This document shows positions 38,560-48,339 of a stretch of 64,000 nt of DNA, piece after piece. Both the position numbers and the translations under genes were made by a program. The notes under the pieces were generated by a model, which made no database searches, had not been told where the DNA came from, and was given only the letters and a program-made list of their open reading frames with translations. Position 1 is the stretch's first letter. The number at the start of each line of letters is the position of its first letter. This stretch comes from Planctomycetales bacterium (GTDB lineage Bacteria; 4484-113), in contig JBBIRS010000002.1 in the NCBI GenBank assembly GCA_037441675.1, positions 1-64,000 of the forward strand, read 5' to 3'.

Positions 38560-39576
38560 ATGCGTTTAATCAGGAAACTTCTCATCACTGGTGGCCTTGG
38601 ATTCATTGGCTCAAACTTTATAAGGTATGAGCTAAAAAATTATGATGGTTTGAAGATATTTAATCTTGACAAGTTAACTTATGCGGGAAATCCATTAAAC
38701 CTTAAGGATTTAGAGGGCAGAGGTAGTTACGTGTTCGTAAGGGGAGACATTTGCAAGGATAGTGATGTTATGGCGTTATTTAAGAAAGAGAAGTTTGATG
38801 CGGTTGTGAATTTTGCCGCTGAGACTCACGTGGACCGAAGTATCCTAGACGCTAAGCCGTTTATAAAGTCAAACATCTCGGGGGTTCAGGTTCTATTAGA
38901 AGCGGTTCAGAAGTTTGGAACACCCGTATTCCTTCAAATCAGCACGGATGAGGTTTACGGAAGCGTTCCGCCTCCTAAAAAATCAAAAGAGGATGACGCT
39001 CTACTACCGAATAGTCCCTACGCCGCAAGTAAAGCTAGCGCAGACCTTTTGTGCAGAGCCTACTTTGTTACCCATAAGACGCCAATCATTGTAACCCGCT
39101 CCTCTAACAATTACGGTCCATTTCAATTTCCGGAAAAGTTTGTCCCAGTAGTGATTAGTCGCGCAATGGAGGATAAACCAATTCCAGTTTATGGAAAGGG
39201 AATCAACGTTAGAGATTGGCTTTTTGTGGAAGACAACTGTAGAGCCATTGATTTGGTTCTTAGAAAAGGAAGGCTTGGAGAGGTTTACAACATTGGCGGA
39301 GCAAACGAACTTAGAAATATAGACTTAGTTAAACAAATCCTTAAGATTCTTAAAAAATCAGATGACCTCATTATCTTTGTTAAGGATAGGCCCGGACATG
39401 ATCTCAGATATGCGCTGAATTGCCAAAAGATACAAACTGAACTTGGCTGGAAACCTTGCGTCAATTTAAGTGATGGTATTAGCACTACAGTGGAATGGTA
39501 TAAGAGGAACAAGCAGTGGATAAAAGCAATAGAGAAAGGAACTTACCAAGCAAATTACAAGACAAAAACTAAATAG
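38560..39576 (+). CDS. rfbB: dTDP-glucose 4,6-dehydratase
   Basis: GGLGFIGSN, DKLTYAGN, AAETHVDRSI, STDEVYG, YAASK, DRPGHDLRY. Confidence 0.96.
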   Translation: MRLIRKLLITGGLGFIGSNFIRYELKNYDGLKIFNLDKLTYAGNPLNLKDLEGRGSYVFVRGDICKDSDVMALFKKEKFDAVVNFAAETHVDRSILDAKPFIKSNISGVQVLLEAVQKFGTPVFLQISTDEVYGSVPPPKKSKEDDALLPNSPYAASKASADLLCRAYFVTHKTPIIVTRSSNNYGPFQFPEKFVPVVISRAMEDKPIPVYGKGINVRDWLFVEDNCRAIDLVLRKGRLGEVYNIGGANELRNIDLVKQILKILKKSDDLIIFVKDRPGHDLRYALNCQKIQTELGWKPCVNLSDGISTTVEWYKRNKQWIKAIEKGTYQANYKTKTK

Positions 39577-39680
39577 CAGAGTCTTTGCAAAGAAAAACCT
39601 AATATTGGTAATCTAAATTTATTCCTAGCTTGTAAGTGATAAGAGAGAATTGAATTCATCAAGCCTTTAGCGGAAGAAGC

Positions 39681-39902
39681 TTAGGCATCAAGGCTTTGGA
39701 ACAGTCTTTCACGAATCCTTTGTGGAGCTGGTTCATCACCAAGACCATTCTTCAAAGTTTCAAGAATCTTCCCGATTAAAATTTTCTCCTGCTCACAATG
39801 GTGGCAATCCGCAAGATGTTTGTATATAGCTTCAAGCTCATCTCTCGTCAGTTCACCGTATAAGAAAAGATAAATCTTCTGTCGAAGCTCACCGCAGTTC
39901 AT
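39681..39902 (-). CDS. Zinc-binding (zf-HC2/ZAS) anti-sigma factor, soluble
   Basis: C3...HLADCHHC motif; overlaps the sigma gene stop; no TM helix. Confidence 0.88.
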   Translation of the reverse strand: MNCGELRQKIYLFLYGELTRDELEAIYKHLADCHHCEQEKILIGKILETLKNGLGDEPAPQRIRERLFQSLDA

Positions 39903-40546
39903 TCAATCACCTCTGTCTTCTTCAGACAATTTTCATCAATAAGCATCCAATTTCTAAGCTTTTGGACGGCGTAACGCATGCGTGAAAGAACCGTAGATAA
40001 AGGCTTATCCATAACACGAGCAATCTCTTCAAAGGTCAATCCTCTATAAACTTTCAAGAGTACGACCATCTTTTGCTCTGGTGGTAGCCTGTTAATAAGT
40101 GATTGAAGAGATGTGGAATTTAATCTATCGTAAAGTTCCTGCTCTGGCGAAGACTTTTCATCCGCAAGAGTTTCGCCTCGCTCGCGGGTATCATCTGAAT
40201 CGAATATTGGCTCATTTAGAGAGTAAGCCTGCTCTCCTGCGGTCTTCTGATAGTAGCGCCTAATCTCGTTAACCGCAATTTTATACAGATATGAAGAGAA
40301 TTGTCTTGAAGGATCAAAATTCTTAGCAGCCTTATACAGTCTCAGAAACACCTCCTGAGTAATATCTTCGGCTGTTTCCTGATCTGACACCTGCTTCTTA
40401 ATGAAGTTGTATATTTGGTTCTGATAACGATTGAAGAGCTCGTCAAATGCGTTCTTATTCCCCTTTGCAACCTCTGCATAAAGCTCCTCATCGAGGATTT
40501 TCTTAGACTTATCTGAAATTGCTCTAGATGTAGCACGCATTTTCAA
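39899..40546 (-). CDS. ECF sigma-70 factor
   Basis: AEDITQEVFL, FSSYLYKIAVN, LTFEEIA...TVLSRM. Start may be ATG 40540. Confidence 0.93.
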   Translation of the reverse strand: MKMRATSRAISDKSKKILDEELYAEVAKGNKNAFDELFNRYQNQIYNFIKKQVSDQETAEDITQEVFLRLYKAAKNFDPSRQFSSYLYKIAVNEIRRYYQKTAGEQAYSLNEPIFDSDDTRERGETLADEKSSPEQELYDRLNSTSLQSLINRLPPEQKMVVLLKVYRGLTFEEIARVMDKPLSTVLSRMRYAVQKLRNWMLIDENCLKKTEVIE

Positions 40547-40680
40547 CTACCAAATTAGTCTATCAAATATTTTAGATTTTGGATATACCACGCCAATTGG
40601 CATAGATTTTCAAGTTAATGGTTAAGGATATTTTCTGCCCAATAACAAATTTAATTGAAGAAGAAATGAAACATAAAAAA

Positions 40681-40753
<73 letters not shown>

Positions 40754-40855
40754 AAACTACAACATTTATTATAGTTTTTTTTCAGTTATTGCCTTGTATA
40801 TTCTTGTTAAATATTCCTGCTGGATTATCAATTAATCCTGCGTATAATAAGATAG

Positions 40856-41779
40856 ATGAGAGTATTGCTTTTAGGCGCATCTGGCTTTGTTGGCAGTGCC
40901 ATTCTAGAGGAACTTGCTAAAAACTATCATCAAATTCAATTGAGAGCCCTCCTGCGTCCGCGAAAAGAACCTAGAGGTTTATACTCCGAGATTGAAACTA
41001 TCCCTGGAGATATCCTGAACGCTAGAGACGTGGAAGAAGCAGTGAGGGATTGTGACGTGATTATTAACTCTGTTGGGATAATTGCCCAGCGAGGGGAAAA
41101 CACCTATGAGAATATCCACGTTAAAGCAGTTAAATACACGGTTGAAGCTGGGAAAAAATTCTTCTTGAAGAAATACGTTCTAGTTAGCGCCCTCGGTACC
41201 AGAGAAGATGCACCCTCAATTTATCACCGCACGAAGTTTCAGGGCGAAGAGTTGGTGAGAACCAGTGGGAATGGTTTCACCATATTCAGGCCATCTGTCA
41301 TTTTCGGAAAGAAAGATAGATTCGTAAACCTTCTTGCAAGGCTCGTGTATAGACTTCCAATCGTGCCTGTGCTTGGAAACGGAGAAAACAAATTCCAGCC
41401 GATATACGTTGGTGATTTGGCACGGTTTGTCTGCATTTCCGCCACGAGCGATGTGGGGAGAAACGAGGTCGTTAAAGTCGGAGGGGCAAGAATTTATACC
41501 TACAATGAAATTCTCCTTCTTATCGCAAAGCTCCTTCAGAGACAAACAAAGCCACTTTTTCATATTCCCTTGGGGTTAATGAAAATCCCATCATCACTCC
41601 TCAAAGTTCCTGTTAACTATGAGCAGTGGCAAATGTTGCATGAGGATAATGCTCTTACGAGCGAAGAGTATAGAAGGTTAATTGAGCTATTTGGATATGA
41701 ACCATCTTCTCTTGAAGAGAAACTTCCTGAGTATATTTTTGACGTGATTAAAGGTAAGCGAGTTTCAATAGGCAATTAA
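40856..41779 (+). CDS. NAD(P)-binding SDR, NDUFA9-like
   Basis: GASGFVG, YHRTK, FRPSVIFG, FQPIYVGD. Confidence 0.88.
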   Translation: MRVLLLGASGFVGSAILEELAKNYHQIQLRALLRPRKEPRGLYSEIETIPGDILNARDVEEAVRDCDVIINSVGIIAQRGENTYENIHVKAVKYTVEAGKKFFLKKYVLVSALGTREDAPSIYHRTKFQGEELVRTSGNGFTIFRPSVIFGKKDRFVNLLARLVYRLPIVPVLGNGENKFQPIYVGDLARFVCISATSDVGRNEVVKVGGARIYTYNEILLLIAKLLQRQTKPLFHIPLGLMKIPSSLLKVPVNYEQWQMLHEDNALTSEEYRRLIELFGYEPSSLEEKLPEYIFDVIKGKRVSIGN

Positions 41780-41818
41780 GGTATGAAATTCGCCTCGAAA
41801 GATAGGGGGCAGAGCCAC

Positions 41819-44800
41819 TTACCTTTCTGTTAGAACCCAGAGTTTTTCTCCAAAGACAGCTGCGAGTACCAGCCTCTCAACCGCATCGGGCTTTATCGTA
41901 GTTACGGAAAGATTTGAACATTCGCCTGATGCGCTAGGAGGGTAAAGATTGAAAAGAGAGAACTTTCTGGTAAATAGATTCTCAACTGCCAGCCTGATAA
42001 CCGGCGGGTTAGTTGTCCGACTAACCGCATAGGTCAAGTAGAATTCGCCATTATCTTTCCTTAAAAGGTTGACGTGAGCATCAATTCCGACAAATGCTTC
42101 GCTTCTCGATTCAACACGTCTTTTCTCCCATATAAGTGTATTGCCATTTTCTCTTTGCCTTCTAAGAGCTGAAACGTTCCAAACACTTTTTCCATCTTCT
42201 TGCAATAAAGCGTAAGTTAGGCTAGGCCAATCTATAAAATTGCCCGATGGTAGTCTCTCTTCCCAAAAAGATAAGTTAATACTGTAAGCGTTCACGCTCT
42301 GTTCCACATTCCAAGTAATCCATGAACCACCTCCCGCCTGAAAAGCCCATTTAACCGAACCGCCTTCGGAACCATCAAGGAACGCTATCGTAGCTCTTTC
42401 CTTCACTAAACCCTCAAAATCAAAAACACCATATCCCAGTGCGCATTTATTTGAAGTAATATTATTAACACTTGAAGTGGTCAACAGTGGGGAACGGGTA
42501 ACCTCTGCTAAGTTCCATACTTTATTCGCCAACTCCGCATAGTAAAGCTTTACTTCCTCTCTTGAAGGATTCTCGGATAAAAATGCAAGCCCCACTCTAC
42601 CATTCTCGCTAACAGCCATTGAAGGAGATAGTATCCTTCCGTTCACGCCACTTTTATAGACAATCTCCCGCTTCCAAATCCCATCAGGCTCCCTTTGCAA
42701 AACCTCAAGCCAATACTCTTCTTTAGCGCTAGATTTTCTTACAACAGCTATAAAGGGAATTCCCATTGAACTAATAACGAGAGATATGGTATCTAAGAAT
42801 GATACGTCAGATTCGGATAGAATTTCTTTCTTCCATTTTTCTTCTGCCTTATCAGCGTAACATATCTGATAAATAGGCTTTTGAAGATTATCTTTTGTTT
42901 TACTTATATATGCGATTGCAGGAAAATTAAGCTTTGGGGGAACCGTAATAGCTGTAGCTAATATTTGATCAGGGACATCCACAACAGCTTCATAGGTAAA
43001 AGGAGGCGCTTGGGTAGGCTTTCCTGTTAAGAAAATTCTGTTAAAGTCCTCATTTGGTGGCTCTAGGCTATCTCTGGCGCGAACTGCAAAACTGTAATCT
43101 ATGCCGTTAATTAGATTCATAATTACGCAACTCGTTTTTTCTGTGTCTAGATACCTGCCATCAGAAACCGCTAAAGAATAGTCCGTAATGCCAGAAGAAC
43201 CCATCTGCCAATAAACCCGATAGGATACATCTTCTGTCTCATCGGTTGCAGGATTCCAGAAAAGCACAACCCCCCTATCAAGAGATGCCAAACCTTGAAT
43301 CCCAGGTTTTTCCCACTTGGGAGGACGATTATCAAGCCCCATTTCTGGCATTCCAGTGAGTGTTACTGAGTTCTTTTCCTCATTGCCCTCATTATCTATG
43401 GCTCTGACTAGCACAGAATACTCGCTACCATTTTCAAGCCCTTCCAAATAAATTGGTTCGCCTATATCCTTAACATCCTTCATATGGGTAGATGGGGAAA
43501 AACTCACCTCTTTCCCTTTCTCATAGTAAATTCTGTATGTTATTTCTTCACTTAAATTATCAGTTGCGCTTCCAAATTGGACTCTAAGACTTCCAACCCC
43601 TGGAATAATACTCTGCACCCCTACTACATCACGCCACACTGGTGGAGTAATGTCGCCTAGTTCTTCTTGGGGAGTGGCGAACGTAACTTCTAGATTCTTG
43701 GTTTCATTTGGCACTATTTTAGGGTAGAACCTGTCCGCACTATCAATCGCACGAACCAAGAAGGCATAGCGGGTATTATTTGTCAAACCAGTTATAGACA
43801 CTGGAGAGTTAGTTACATCAATATAAGAGTCGGAAGTCGGGTCAATCTTGTTAAGAGTTGAATAATATACGCGATAACGAACGGGAGGAGAAACGAAGTC
43901 TTCTGCGCTACCAAATTCAACTCTTACACCTTGGTTACCGGGTATTACTCTTTGGATTCCCACCTTTTGCGTCCACAGGGGTGGCTCAAAATCGTTATGC
44001 GCTCCTTTCATCGGCTTGGCAAAAATCACCGTACCCATTTCTGGAAGCGTGCGATTGCCTGATTTGTCCTCCGCAGAAATGTAAACCGCGTACTCTTCTC
44101 CGTTGATAAGCGGTTCCTTGATTGGAGTTGTTGGGTCTAAGTCATCCCATATCAGTGAACTCTGCAACCCTGTAATTTCAGATTTGTTCTTTGAATTTGG
44201 TAAGATGAGCCTATGAAGGTCAATTAAGCCTGTCTCTTCATCGCGATAGCCAAGGTAGAGATAATATCTAATCTTTGAAGCAGATGTATACTCTCCGCGA
44301 GGTTGAATATCAGAAGCGTTGAGCTTAAAGTTGATTCTTAACCTACCATCTCCTGCATCAACCCCAATCACCCCTTTATAAGGCTTGAACCTATCAAATG
44401 TATCGTGAGGCGGATATACGTCTGGGCCATAACCGAATTTAATACTGACCGTTTCTGAGAACTCTGCCTCGCCAGTAGGACCAGCTGGTATTACCTTGTA
44501 GATAATTTCTGATATACCCTCTTCCAAAAGGTCATCAGTATAGCCGGCATCATTATAAGTAAACTCAACTGTTGAAAATAGTGGATATTCTCCGAGTTTT
44601 ACAGTGTAATCGCTATCAATTACACCGTAAAGTTTCTTCTCACTTGGCAAGCCTTTCCTTGTGCGATAGATATTAAAACCATTTACACTTGCGAAAAAAT
44701 TATCTCTTACAACTTCAAGATCTCTAGTATTTACGATGCCATCTTTGTTCGCATCCAGAAATTTCTCTTCCTCGTCACGAACACCATCGCCAACTTCTGA

Positions 44801-45514
44801 ATAAAAGTATTCGCCAATTAGAATTGCATCAGCAAGGTTAACCTCCCCATTTAAGTCATAATCACCTTTAAGAGAGAACTGCCAGGTAAGCACGTTAAAC
44901 CTGCCATCGTTGTCCACCTTTAGGTTGCTAATGGTACATGAATCTGAAGAGGCAGTAAAAGGAAGACCGAGCTTCCCCTTGCTTGTCTTTGGTTCAAAAA
45001 AAGCATCTGCTATCAAGCCATCGCCTTGAATGTAACCCTTCTCAGCCGGACGAATCCTTATTACTCCTATTGGCAATGTCCCCAGTAAGCCAGGAACCGC
45101 GATAAACAAGCTTTCATCCATTCCGCCATACATCTTGCCTGGCGCTGATTCCTTGTAAAGATAGTCCTGCCAGTTGAACTTGAGTATGAATAGGCTTGCT
45201 TTACTTGGGGGAAGGTTTCTCGCAGTTATTGAAACAAAAGCGTCACCGTTCATAAGCACTTTTACTGAAAGGGCATAATATCGCCTCAAATCTGGCGCAA
45301 TCTTACCCTTTTCGTCTAGGATAAATAGCGAGAACCCCTCCTTATTTATCGCATCCTGCGGATTGAAGTACTCAAGCTCGGCAGAGTTACTTGTTACATC
45401 AGCATCAAGGGAAGCGGAAGAATTTGCTCTTATAGGATGAGGGCTAACGCCCGAGAACGCGGGAGAATTCAGAAACATCACAACCAATAGTAAGAAAATA
45501 AGAGATTCACGCAT
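41819..45514 (-). CDS. Large secreted protein: cohesin-like, dockerin-like, four Fn3-like repeats, probable C-terminal propeller
   Basis: Signal peptide from ATG 45514. Dockerin GDYDLNGEVNLAD...DANKDGIVNTRD. Repeats D-x-x-PP-x-W...G...YRVYY...GL..G..Y...VRA.D. Confidence 0.75.
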   Translation of the reverse strand: MRESLIFLLLVVMFLNSPAFSGVSPHPIRANSSASLDADVTSNSAELEYFNPQDAINKEGFSLFILDEKGKIAPDLRRYYALSVKVLMNGDAFVSITARNLPPSKASLFILKFNWQDYLYKESAPGKMYGGMDESLFIAVPGLLGTLPIGVIRIRPAEKGYIQGDGLIADAFFEPKTSKGKLGLPFTASSDSCTISNLKVDNDGRFNVLTWQFSLKGDYDLNGEVNLADAILIGEYFYSEVGDGVRDEEEKFLDANKDGIVNTRDLEVVRDNFFASVNGFNIYRTRKGLPSEKKLYGVIDSDYTVKLGEYPLFSTVEFTYNDAGYTDDLLEEGISEIIYKVIPAGPTGEAEFSETVSIKFGYGPDVYPPHDTFDRFKPYKGVIGVDAGDGRLRINFKLNASDIQPRGEYTSASKIRYYLYLGYRDEETGLIDLHRLILPNSKNKSEITGLQSSLIWDDLDPTTPIKEPLINGEEYAVYISAEDKSGNRTLPEMGTVIFAKPMKGAHNDFEPPLWTQKVGIQRVIPGNQGVRVEFGSAEDFVSPPVRYRVYYSTLNKIDPTSDSYIDVTNSPVSITGLTNNTRYAFLVRAIDSADRFYPKIVPNETKNLEVTFATPQEELGDITPPVWRDVVGVQSIIPGVGSLRVQFGSATDNLSEEITYRIYYEKGKEVSFSPSTHMKDVKDIGEPIYLEGLENGSEYSVLVRAIDNEGNEEKNSVTLTGMPEMGLDNRPPKWEKPGIQGLASLDRGVVLFWNPATDETEDVSYRVYWQMGSSGITDYSLAVSDGRYLDTEKTSCVIMNLINGIDYSFAVRARDSLEPPNEDFNRIFLTGKPTQAPPFTYEAVVDVPDQILATAITVPPKLNFPAIAYISKTKDNLQKPIYQICYADKAEEKWKKEILSESDVSFLDTISLVISSMGIPFIAVVRKSSAKEEYWLEVLQREPDGIWKREIVYKSGVNGRILSPSMAVSENGRVGLAFLSENPSREEVKLYYAELANKVWNLAEVTRSPLLTTSSVNNITSNKCALGYGVFDFEGLVKERATIAFLDGSEGGSVKWAFQAGGGSWITWNVEQSVNAYSINLSFWEERLPSGNFIDWPSLTYALLQEDGKSVWNVSALRRQRENGNTLIWEKRRVESRSEAFVGIDAHVNLLRKDNGEFYLTYAVSRTTNPPVIRLAVENLFTRKFSLFNLYPPSASGECSNLSVTTIKPDAVERLVLAAVFGEKLWVLTER

Positions 45515-45682
45515 ACTCTTCTTAAGAATATCTGGATTATAGACTATTTGAAGGACGAAGTAATTGGCAAAAAGTTCGCTTTGTAAGTTAGACAAAAATC
45601 AAATGATACATTTTAATCTCTTCACTGGGTTGCGATTGTGAAATAGGAAGGGACTAAATATAAACTACATAGTTCAAACTCA

Positions 45683-45711
45683 TTGACCTTCCAAATCCAT
45701 ACTCGTAAAAT
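45683..45711 (+). promoter_or_regulatory. Sigma70-type promoter, probably giving a leaderless mRNA
   Basis: TTGACC-N17-TAAAAT, then 6 nt to ATG 45718 with no SD. Confidence 0.7.
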
Positions 45712-45717
45712 AAGGCT

Positions 45718-46284
45718 ATGGTAAAGGAAGTTAAATTTTGTATTTTAGCACTATTATTTTTTGTCATCTCAGCTTCAATTCTTACCGCTCCTTCAAAAGG
45801 CGCAGAAGAATTCCCGTACGATCCCATTGATGGCGGAACCGCATACAAGGCTGAGTTTTTTGAGTGTAATGGCACTTATCAAGAGAAGTATGGGGTATGG
45901 TGGCTTGCATCTTCGAACCCATTCCAGTTCAGGCGAAGGTTTACCGCAAAATGGTACTTTTCGGGCATCCCAATACAGAATTTACAAGTTGACACCTTCA
46001 TTGTTAAGTTATCGCTAGCTGTTTATACTAACTCAATAGAATCTGGAGGAAAACCAACTTCCGCTTCGGTTGAACTCATTGTACGCAATCCTGACACGGA
46101 TGAAGAATATTCTATTGATAATATTCGCGTGGAAATGAATAAAGATGAAATCAGCATTCCAACCTATGTTTATATTCCAGCTTTCGTCGTTACCTCTGAT
46201 GGGAGAACCATTCTTGAGCTTAAAGGCGGTGGACAAATAGGCGTTAACATGGAAAGGGCAGGACTTATTGTGCCAGCCTTATGA
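45718..46284 (+). CDS. Hypothetical secreted protein
   Basis: Signal peptide, beta-rich mature region; stop overlaps the next start (ATGA). Confidence 0.7.
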   Translation: MVKEVKFCILALLFFVISASILTAPSKGAEEFPYDPIDGGTAYKAEFFECNGTYQEKYGVWWLASSNPFQFRRRFTAKWYFSGIPIQNLQVDTFIVKLSLAVYTNSIESGGKPTSASVELIVRNPDTDEEYSIDNIRVEMNKDEISIPTYVYIPAFVVTSDGRTILELKGGGQIGVNMERAGLIVPAL

Positions 46285-47165
46285 CGCATACGCTTCAGAC
46301 ACTCAAACAAGCTGTAACATTACTAGTTTTAAGCAAGGATTTATTTCAACGTGGCGAGAGAATATACAGTGAACTTCAACCTCTTTTTGGTAATTTGAAT
46401 TGCGTAAAACCAACCTCCATCTACGAGCTTGAGCAAATAGTAAAAGAAGGTGTAGCTCGCTATGACACCATCGTTGTAGCAGGAGGCGATGGAACAATAA
46501 ACCGAGTGATTAACTCAATGGACATTGAAAATCAGCGGTTAATAGTCCTGCCTGGAGGCAGAGGAAACGATTTAGCAAGAGCGCTAAAGTTACCACTTAG
46601 AATTTCTGAATGTATCGCGTCGCTTGGAAGAAGAAACTTCATAAAGATTGATTTGGGTCAAATTGGGGATAACTTATTTCACAATTCCGCGGGATTAGGC
46701 TTAGACGTGCAAGTGCTTGATAGGATGAGATTTATGCCTGCTTGGCTAAGGAAGAATTATCTGCTAGCTTTCATTACAACTCTGCCTTTGATAAAGCCGA
46801 TACATTTTTCTTCGCCTAAGCTTCCTAAATCAAGCAGAGGATTTTGTTGGTGGCTAGCGGTAATGAACGGACCAATGATTGGAAGCGGGCTGCCAATCTC
46901 GCCAAATGCGAAGATAAATGATGGCAAACTGGACGTTATCGCTATTAGCAACTGTTTCAAGTTAATTATGCTCTTTCATTTGCCAAAGATGATTTGGGGA
47001 AAGCACTTAAACCTAAAGGAAGTTGAGTATATGACTTTAGAAGAGCTAAGAATTGAAGGACTAAATAGACCAGTAAATTTAGCCATTGATGGTGAGATTT
47101 ACGAATGGAACGATTTGTCACTAAACATTAAAATTAGAAAGCAAGCCCTCACGGTTCTTGGCTAA
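46281..47165 (+). CDS. Diacylglycerol/lipid kinase family (YegS/DgkB-like)
   Basis: AGGDGTI, PGGRGNDLAR, NDGKLDV, IDGE. Confidence 0.9.
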   Translation: MTHTLQTLKQAVTLLVLSKDLFQRGERIYSELQPLFGNLNCVKPTSIYELEQIVKEGVARYDTIVVAGGDGTINRVINSMDIENQRLIVLPGGRGNDLARALKLPLRISECIASLGRRNFIKIDLGQIGDNLFHNSAGLGLDVQVLDRMRFMPAWLRKNYLLAFITTLPLIKPIHFSSPKLPKSSRGFCWWLAVMNGPMIGSGLPISPNAKINDGKLDVIAISNCFKLIMLFHLPKMIWGKHLNLKEVEYMTLEELRIEGLNRPVNLAIDGEIYEWNDLSLNIKIRKQALTVLG

Positions 47166-48330
47166 GGGGAAGATAAACTACTGCTTTTGCTCCTCCCAGT
47201 TCACCCTTTGGGAAAATTAGAAGCACTCCGCCATGCTCAGAGATTATCTGCTCGGAAACGTTCAGCCCTAATCCAGTGTTTCGCTTGGGTTCCTTAGTTG
47301 AAAAGTAAGGATCAAATATTCTTGGGTAGATATTTTCATCTATACCTTTTCCTGAATCGTCAATGGTGATGCGGAGAGCGGATGTCAACCTATCCTCTAA
47401 TATCTCCCTTTCCAATTCTTCGATGAAAGAAATATCCACCATAATTCTAATTTTCTTCTCTTGCGAATCTCTCACCGCATCAACCGCATTATGAAGCAGG
47501 TTAAAGAGCGCCTGATCAAGCCTATGGGTATCCGCCTTTATATATCCTTGCGCGGAAACATTAGTGTTGAGCTCAATGTTACGCTCTATCATAAACCGCG
47601 CTAGACCGAAAAAATGCTCAAAATATTCTTGTATGGCTACGAAGGTTTTAACTGGTTCCGTTAAACGAACATAATTTGTTAACTCTGTTATGAGGTTAAC
47701 TCCGCGGTCAACTAGTTCCTCAAACTTCTTCAGATAATGGTAACTAGACTGAGCTGGAGATAGCTCAAGCTCAAGGAGGGAAATTATACCCTTTTGCGAA
47801 GCAAAGATATTGTTAAACTCGTGCGCTATCCCACGAGCCAACATCGCGGCTGATTCCGACTTTTGCATTAGAAGAATGGGTTGAGAGCGAATATCATATA
47901 CTGGTTTTTGAAATAGGGCAAAGATAATCGTTTGCCTGTTTCTGTCATGTATTGGTGAGAAATCTATTTTTATTTTTATCTCGTCGTATTTGGAAGAAGG
48001 ACATATTGAACTCGGCAGAGGTTTATACACTAATTCATAGATAAATACCTTCTCTTCAGAAAGAGCTGCTCTTATTAATGATGAATATTCGGTCGTTTGA
48101 AAATTAGCGTCTTTGCAAATGTTATAGGTTGGTAGCGGAGCATCATCAGGTAGTCCAAAGAGGAAACGTGCATTGCGACTTAAATATAAAAGGTCTCCTT
48201 CGGTAGAAAAGAGAGCCATACTTGCATTCAAAAATAAACTTAAACTGATTAAGCGTTCATCGGAAGATAAAATCTCTAATAGTTCCGGTAATGATAGATT
48301 TGACAGTTCCCTTCTAAGGTCTGAATTCAT
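47149..48330 (-). CDS. Cytoplasmic sensor histidine kinase
   Basis: H-box IAHEFNN, N-box NLLHNA, DSGKGI, FDPYFSTK, GLGL; no TM segments. Confidence 0.9.
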   Translation of the reverse strand: MNSDLRRELSNLSLPELLEILSSDERLISLSLFLNASMALFSTEGDLLYLSRNARFLFGLPDDAPLPTYNICKDANFQTTEYSSLIRAALSEEKVFIYELVYKPLPSSICPSSKYDEIKIKIDFSPIHDRNRQTIIFALFQKPVYDIRSQPILLMQKSESAAMLARGIAHEFNNIFASQKGIISLLELELSPAQSSYHYLKKFEELVDRGVNLITELTNYVRLTEPVKTFVAIQEYFEHFFGLARFMIERNIELNTNVSAQGYIKADTHRLDQALFNLLHNAVDAVRDSQEKKIRIMVDISFIEELEREILEDRLTSALRITIDDSGKGIDENIYPRIFDPYFSTKEPKRNTGLGLNVSEQIISEHGGVLLIFPKGELGGAKAVVYLPLSQEP

Positions 48331-48339
48331 ATGTCCTCC

